DNA from: Anthoceros angustus
Taxonomy: Eukaryota > Plantae > Anthocerotophyta
Length of the DNA: 64,000 nucleotides
NCBI GenBank assembly: GCA_010909165.1
Contig: MU008172.1
Span: forward strand, 310,001 to 374,000
Direction: 5' to 3'
Shown here: positions 57,201-64,000 of the stretch, piece by piece
Numbering within the stretch: position 1 is the first letter of the stretch
Layout of the letters: each line of letters starts with the position of its first letter
Notes under the pieces: model-generated
Database searches by the model: none
What the model saw: only the letters and a program-made list of their open reading frames with translations
Told to the model about the DNA's origin: nothing
Position numbers and translations under genes: made by a program

Positions 57201-58900
57201 TTGTACTTGTCCTTTCATACATGCATATTATATCTATGTTTTTTCAAAAACATGAAATACATGAGAAAGTTATAGCTAGTGGGTGTGGACCGGTAGCAGC
57301 CAATCTATACACCGGCTGTAGAAAGTTTTAAGTAGTGTAGGTGTGGACCAATAGCGGCCAATCTGTACATCGGCTGCAGAAAGTTGTAGCTCGTGGGTGT
57401 GGACCAGTAGCGGTTAATATGAACACCGACCTTGACCACAGACTATAAGGTGATATATAGAGGAGGTCCTTCAATAGTTCCTATGCTCTTGACATGGGGA
57501 CTGTGGGCTTGGAACTTAAAGTAACCTCTCGTTACTTTGAAGGGCCCCTTCTCTTGACATGGGAACTGTGGGCTTCGAACTTTGAATAACCTCTAGTTAC
57601 TTTGAAGGGCTCATTTATTGCTTTGGGAATTTAGATGACCATGCTATCAACACAAGAATACTGGTATTCGAGAGGAAAAGTGGGTTCAAAACTTCACATC
57701 CCACTTTTAAGAATGAAATCTCATTCCACCCTATATCAATACATTTTTTTTCGACCATCACTAGAAGAAGAAGATGAAGCATATTTAAGGCCACTAAGGA
57801 CGGAAATTCCGTCATGGGACTGATAACATTGAAGTTTAACTGAATTTCACCTAAATACTAGTGGTGTAGTATATCAAATATCTAGCAGGTTGAAAAGAAA
57901 ACTTGTGCATGAGTACTCTATTAGAAATCCCATGTTTGCCTCAAACATACACCTATAAGAATGGGGTGAGGAAAAGAAAACTTGAAGAAGACCGAGCTGT
58001 TGTAAATAAGTTGGCAAAAGCGTTTGTGATATATGCATAGACAGGGGCCGAAGGAAACAAAGAGTTTTACATTCTCAACTTGCGTATTGCATAATCCAGA
58101 TATTCGGGTCTCCTTACGTGGCCTTGGATGCAGCCATTTATATGTCTCAATCCCGAGAGGGTGAGACCTACACAAAAATGATCTAAGATTGAAGGACACA
58201 TGGTTGGTTGCCAAGATAGAGATGTCAGTCATTATTTTCTACCACCAAAAGGCTAACAATTATTGGTGGGTCTTCAAACCCCGCCGCCCGCAATGTACAT
58301 ATGTAGAGAGGTTCGTCTTCTTCTTCTTCTTCGCCTTCTTCTTTTCTTCGCCCGTAAACTATGTTGGACATAGAGTAGTACTTTTCTGCGTGACCGTAGC
58401 ACTCTGGGCAGGACAAATGACACGTTACCTTGTGAGTGTGTCGCACTCGGGGAAACTTTTTCCGCGAATGGCCGACGAAGGGTCCTGGTCGGGTCCCTAT
58501 CCCTGTGGGATTTTTTTGTGAAAAATCGAGGTTGCTACCAAAAAGGCCTTGACCGACCACACACCGAGCCACATGTCGGTTGGGACCAGGCACCAGGCAC
58601 CGGGAACCAGGCTGGAGCGTACCGAACGTGTTTAAGTTGGGGGCAATCGGATTGGCCATACCACAAATAAGATCCACAGCACAGGATCCGGGTGGTGCGT
58701 GTCTAGTCAGGGAAGGCCGGCAGTGGAGACCCAGTCAGGAAATCGGGTCACATTACTGGCCTGATCATCATCCAATGGGAGTGGATCAGATCAGATGACT
58801 TCACCATGTGTACTTATGTCTCGCAACCGCTGTGGATGATGCTCTAATGCAACTGTTGAACAATGTCGACTCCGGTAGAGACGTGAGAAGGTGAGGCTCT
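54246..58900. repeat. Tandem duplication of a ~2.32-kb unit (54246-56573, 56574-58890) bounded by gtgaggctct
   Basis: gtgaggctct at 54246, 56574 and 58891. The intervening sequences are near-identical apart from small indels. Confidence 0.94.
54956..55286. repeat. Nested subrepeats: 56-bp x~2.5 (54956-55095) and 64-bp x2 (55162-55286); repeated at ~57277-57610
   Basis: gtgggtgtggacc recurs every 56 bp. ctcttgacatggg at 55162 and 55226. The first 64-bp unit carries an aaagtaac-ctctc-gttacttt hairpin. Confidence 0.85.
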
Positions 58901-59524
58901 AGAGCGCGAAATAGGCTGGGGGCCACACATTCGATCCGATTTCCACACGAGCCCAGGTAGCAGTTGCAGTACAGCAAACAACAGAATACAGTAGAACACA
59001 TAACTGCCTTCAAAGAAGAATCCAGCCTTAAGCTATGGTGTGGTAACTAGTGGAAGACAGGACAAGTGGGACAGGAGGCTAGAGGCCATCCGACCACCTC
59101 AGCAGGTGGCAAGCCGGGCTTCTTTTAACGCCCAACTTCAGCCACTGGTCCTCATTCAACATGCACGAGTCGCCTGCCTGCGTTCGCTTCGGGTCTCGCT
59201 CACAGGTGGGGAGGAACATTCCGGGCTGGAGGGATCAGAATTGCGCCTGTGCGTGCATTGCGAACATTGACTGGCAGCCAAGCCGCGCCACCAGCGTAAA
59301 TGCAACCTTCCTGCGCAATCTTGCTCTTCGTGGACTGTCGCTCCCAGAGTCCCTTTGTCCCGGGATCTCCGCGCTGACCGCGAGTGTGTGAGAAACGGGT
59401 GGCAGCTGCCCTGTGCCCACCAAGTCCTGTAATTTGTCGAAATTTGGGTAGCCCTCTGCCTCGGACCGTAGATCTGTGGCGGCTTCAGGCCTTCGCTCTT
59501 CAGCAGAATCCGTAGCTTGCCAGC

Positions 59525-62500
59525 ATGACGGTAAAGGACGTTGAGAGAGGGATTGACGCTCAGCGCCGGCCTCTTCTCAGCGGCGGGAGTGGGAGTGGCC
59601 GTGCCTTGGGTGGGAAGAAGTCTAAGAAGACTGCCGAATCCGGTTCGGTTTTTTTCGCGATCGTCTGCACGCTTGTCGTGGCTCTTGGACCCATCTCGTT
59701 CGGATTTTCGGTGAGCGTTGGTTTGGTGCAAGCCGGGTTTGTCATTTCGTCCTGTCAGTGGGCGGAACTGATGGTTTGATGTATGCTTCAGCTTGGCTAC
59801 TCGTCCCCCACCCAAGCATCAATCACCAGCGATCTGCGCCTCACTGTCTCCCAGGTGCTGTTCACCTCACCTCTCCGCGGTTTGCGTTGGCGATGAAGTG
59901 TGCTTGTTTAGTACGTCTTTTCTGACTTCTGGGTTACTCTTTGCAGTTCTCCTTGTATGGCTCTCTTGTCAACGTCGGCGCCATGTTGGGGGCCATCACC
60001 AGTGGCAAGATTGCTGACCGACTGGGGAGGAAAGGGGTAACATGTCGTTCCTGCTCTTCATAGAACGTTACTTTCCTTGTCATCAATCACGGTCTAGAGG
60101 CTTTGTCCAAGTGGATTATCCATCAATTGCATTGCGCCCTATTGATGTTGGATTTTGCTCCTTCTAATATGCAGGCCCTAGTCGTTGCATCTTTGCCACA
60201 TCTGTTGGGCTGGGTGGCAACAGTATTCTCCTCGGTACGCTTTCGTGCTCGTTGTTCACACCCTATGGTCTATGCTTACAACATACAAGGCTGAGTTGAG
60301 AGTCTCAATTCAGCTTGCGGATCTACTTCGAGGCCGCAAGCCCTTTTGATCACGTGCTGTCTGTTATTTGCACCTGGTGCAGAATGCCGTTACTCTTGAC
60401 ATCGGAAGGCTTCTGATTGGTTACGGTGTGGGAGTTATTTCTTTCACTGTAAGTGTCTCCGTCATAGCCCTGGGGTAGTATTCAACTCAATTGTTGCTTC
60501 TGAATCAATCCATGGGCTGGTGCAGGTGCCCATATACATAGCTGAGATTGCTCCCATCCACCTGCGTGGCAGTCTTGGGGCAACCAATCAGGTACTTTTC
60601 CACAACATTTTGTTGAACTTGAAATGGTTTCCCAGCTCTTCCACAGCAGTGTTATTTCACTCTGATACATTTGCTTTCTGGTGCCGCAGCTTGCAGTCAC
60701 CGTGGGCATACTTTTGGCCTATTTGGGTGGCCTCCTTTTGGGATGGCGACAGCTTGCTGCTGCTGGTGTGTACTGTGCACTCGATTTATAGATGTTTGCT
60801 GCATAGCCTGGGAGGTGCAAACGTTTTACACAAGGTTAGGCAAGGGCCTATGCACTTTGGTTAACGTTTTTACTTATAGGATGTCTCGGTTTGCTGATGA
60901 CCTCCAGGACTCATTCCTTGCACACTCCTTCTCATTGGCCTTTTCTTCATTCCAGAGTCTCCTCGCTGGCTGGTGAGTTGATTTCAGTCCTGTCGTGAAA
61001 ATATATGCCCTCGAGGGGATGTTGTGGTTTGCAGCTAACTGGGCTGCATAAACAGATTAAATCAGGTTCTGAGGATGGTGATGTGGCGTCTGCACTGCAA
61101 GTGCTTCGAGGCGCTAGCTGCGATGTCTCGTCTGAGTTGAGAGAAATGAAAGTGAGTTGCAGGTCATCTCCCTCTAAGTAGGTAGCTAAAACTGTTGTAG
61201 TAGAATTGCCAATCACCCACGGCCACAACGCTGATGGCAACTTGGTATCCCAATCGTGAGCATAGTTCACCGTTAGCTTTACCTCAGGATCATTCTGTGT
61301 TATTACCTAGCACATGTCTATATGCTCATCGATGACCCTTGCTTTTGCAGGAAGGTATGGAGGAGGCAAAGTCTCAACCTCCAGCCCAGTTTTCTGATCT
61401 TTTTAGCCGGCGTCTCTTTCGCCCGCTTCTTGTAAGCTTATCACTCCAACCTAAACATACACCACCAGAGAGGTTGCTGCATGAAGGCCAGAAGTGAGCA
61501 AACTATGATAATAACGGTCATGTTTGGATCCCGTGTGTGTCAGGCTGGAGTTGGTTTACAACTTCTCCAGCAATTTGGAGGAATCAATGCCATCATGTTC
61601 TACGCCAGTGAAATCTTCCGTTCAGTTGGTAAGAAGAACTCTGGTGCTGTAATAATGTGAAAGTCACTTCAGCTGTAATAGCAGAGCACAAAAAGTGTTT
61701 AGACTTCGTTACAGCTTATATTCAGGATGCCTGCAAAGATTGCAACCTGAATATAGCGCTGTTACGTGACAGCTTTGTTATCAAAACCTGCGGATGAAGA
61801 CACATGAGTCGACTGATGTAAGATACATTTGGTTGCAGGGTTCACATCCCCAAATACTGCTTCACTCGGGATAGGGGTTCTCCAGGTATTGATGACAGGC
61901 GTAGCGGCAGGAATTATGGACAAAGCGGGCAGGCGGCTTTTGCTCATGGTGAGGAAGGAAGTCATTGTCCCGTATTGCTTTCAATTTGACATCTTGACGG
62001 TATTGTTTCTTTGCTATTCTAGCCAACTTTGGTTGAAGTTGCTGGCATTTGTCTTGGCCAGGTCTCTGCTGGTGGGATGGCTGTGAGCTGCTTCCTTGTG
62101 GGTTTTTCATTCTACCTGAAGGTCAGAACTCACCTTTAATCGCATGCTTATTCCGCTGTCGCTAACTTGTTTTTCTTTCCTAACGGAATGCATTGGCTCT
62201 GATTCTTGTTCCAGGGGCAGATGGCCATGATGTCAAGCCCGAACATGGATATCTATGTGAATGTTTTAGCATTGACCAGCTTACTGGTGTACATCATCGC
62301 GTTCTCGATGGGCATGGGTGCCATACCGTGGATAGTTATGTCTGAAATCTTTCCAGCAAATGTTAAGGGTATGGCAGGGAGCTTGGCGACTCTAGCGAAT
62401 TGGTTTGCAGCTTGGACAGTGACTATGGTGTTCAACTTCATGTTGCAGTGGAGCTCTGCGGGCTCCTTCTGGATATTTGCAGGGGAGTGTGCTTTAACTG

Positions 62501-62574
62501 TGGTGTTCGTGGCACTGTTTGTGCCTGAGACAAGGGGCCGTACTTTAGAGGAGATAGAGGCTTCCTTCGAATGA
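59525..62574 (+). CDS. ERDL6: ERD6-like (ERDL6/AT1G19450 clade) MFS sugar transporter, 14 exons: 59525-59710, 59792-59854, 59947-60036, 60175-60234, 60383-60448, 60526-60591, 60690-60765, 60908-60972, 61056-61151, 61351-61431, 61544-61628, 61839-61948, 62062-62121, 62215-62574
   Basis: Spliced product has [70 protein letters not shown] and [13 protein letters not shown]. It also has an N-terminal di-leucine (RRPLL). All 13 introns are GT-AG and phase-consistent. Confidence 0.95.
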
Positions 62575-63284
62575 GATCATCAGCTCAAGGGCAGTGATCA
62601 GATCATTCTATTTTTGCGGCATTCCCTTACGGCTGGGCGTGGTGTTACGATCAGGTAGGGCGCCAGCAGTGCTCTGAGATCGTTTGTCATACACCTAGAC
62701 GTCCGCAAAGACAAACCGTAAGAACAGTAAGTTAACGCCGCGGTAAATTTGAAATAGAGGCAGTAATTGTGGATAGTAGATCGACATAGGTTAAATGTAC
62801 AGACACCACCTGTGACGTGGTACAGAAGATATGGCCCTGATGAACGCTTACAGAACGGTCTGACAGAAGGCCGCGTCCAGGTTGACACATCCTTGCATTG
62901 ACGGTGGAGGACCATTGTTTTCATACTTGTGGTCTGAAAATTGTGTATCCTCATAGGCGCAGAATCTAGATGCGTAACCCTGCTTGCCCAACTAGAGGAA
63001 GTTGGCGATTACAATGAAGCGGGAGTGAAAGAAGAAAAACTCTCTAATAGGTTTTAGGGTCCTCATCCAGGTTTTGGGTACCTGGAATAATTTTTACCAC
63101 TTGTGGCCTCGGGCGGCCTTTCAATTCATTGTATGCTGATAGATAGCACAAGGAATATTTAACTAGAAAATAATAAATTAGTATTATTATTATTATTTAA
63201 ATTACTCAATAGATAATATTAGCATGATTATAAGTTAAAAAAATCTAGTCAGTAATCTATATTGCTTTAACAATGTCCATCTAG

Positions 63285-64000
63285 CTATGGTAGGCTATCA
63301 TCATCATCTTCCCATAGCTCATCATCAAAGTGGTCGTCATAATATTTGCACCTACATCTTATTCCTCTCCTAAGTTTAAGTTCTGGCTTTTCGTCACATG
63401 TTGTTGTGGGAATGAGCTCGTGCTCACGCCCTATTGATGCCAATGGCATATCTTGCCAAAGTATCTCCTCTACTTCCTTTGCCTGCAAAAATATTGCCAT
63501 TTCAAAGGTAGGGTCCAAACCCTTCTCTCTCACGACACAAGCTTTGAACAAGTCCAATAAGATGGCGGTGTCGTTTGCCGCGTATTCTTGTTGCTTGTAA
63601 GATAAGTTCATGCCTCTCTTGAAGGTCATTTGCATGGCCTTTGTCAGTCCCTTCCCCAAGAAGTCCGCCGCGCATCTATGAAGTGAAGGCATGTCTTCCA
63701 ATCCCATCAATTTCTTTGCCCATACCTGTAAGTCCACGACAGAGCGATGTAGGAGCTCCCTTTGTTGGCTGCAAGCCACTTCAGATCTGGGCGTCTAGCA
63801 AATCCAAATTTCACCACCTTTTCATTGGCCATCAATGAATGGAAGTCCTCCGCCCAATCGTTTGCTACTTCCATTGCAAGATCACTTGAAGGCGGAGCCC
63901 TTATCGCAGTTCCAATATCCATGATGGGGTCCATGATCTTATTCACAGAAATATCTATCAGGAATGTCATGTTGGCGTTGTTTGCCATATTGCCCCTTAA
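63285..64000 (-). CDS. 3' part of a DEDDy 3'-5' exonuclease (WRN-exo/RNase D/Mut-7-like), with an apparent 1-nt frameshift at 63758-63760; 5' part lies outside the window
   Basis: TFLIDI...HSLMANEKVVKFGF...DLKWL in one frame and VVDLQ...SL...FLGKGLTKAMQ...LSYKQQEYAANDTAILLDLF (ExoIII YAAxD) in the next. Adding one C to the CCC run fuses them. Confidence 0.75.

Overview
Eukaryotic nuclear DNA from a seed-free land plant. A hornwort (Anthoceros-like) is my inference from the GC-rich exons, short (~60-240 nt) GT-AG introns, dense gene packing and PLS-PPR proteins with a 'WWTD' PG-box. Genes in order: 3' end of threonyl-tRNA synthetase (+), a disrupted intron-containing MULE/SWIM transposase (+), CCX5-like cation/Ca exchanger (-), intronless DNAJC11-like J-protein (-), GT4 glycosyltransferase (+), a class-I terpene synthase pseudogene fragment (-), two paralogous PLS-E1-E2-'WW box' PPR genes that lack a deaminase core (+ and -), two OVATE-family genes (one ~670 aa, one a giant 2260-aa single-exon ORF), tRNA-Val(CAC), plastid RPL15 (-), an ERD6-like sugar transporter (+, 14 exons) and the 3' part of a DEDDy 3'-5' exonuclease (-). 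The intergenic DNA holds three microhomology-bounded tandem duplications (1.58, 0.89 and 2.33 kb), a diverged ~0.7 kb foldback and many minisatellites. No CRISPR array or prokaryotic system is supported. The most interesting observations are the giant OVATE protein, a cluster of nine CDK-type S/T-P-x-R sites next to the other OVATE domain, and the deaminase-less WW-type PPR pair. Caveat: four otherwise intact genes each carry an apparent 1-nt deletion in or next to a short homopolymer, which suggests residual long-read consensus errors, so frameshift-based pseudogene calls need raw-read checks. All family assignments come from manual translation and remembered motifs; no database search was run.
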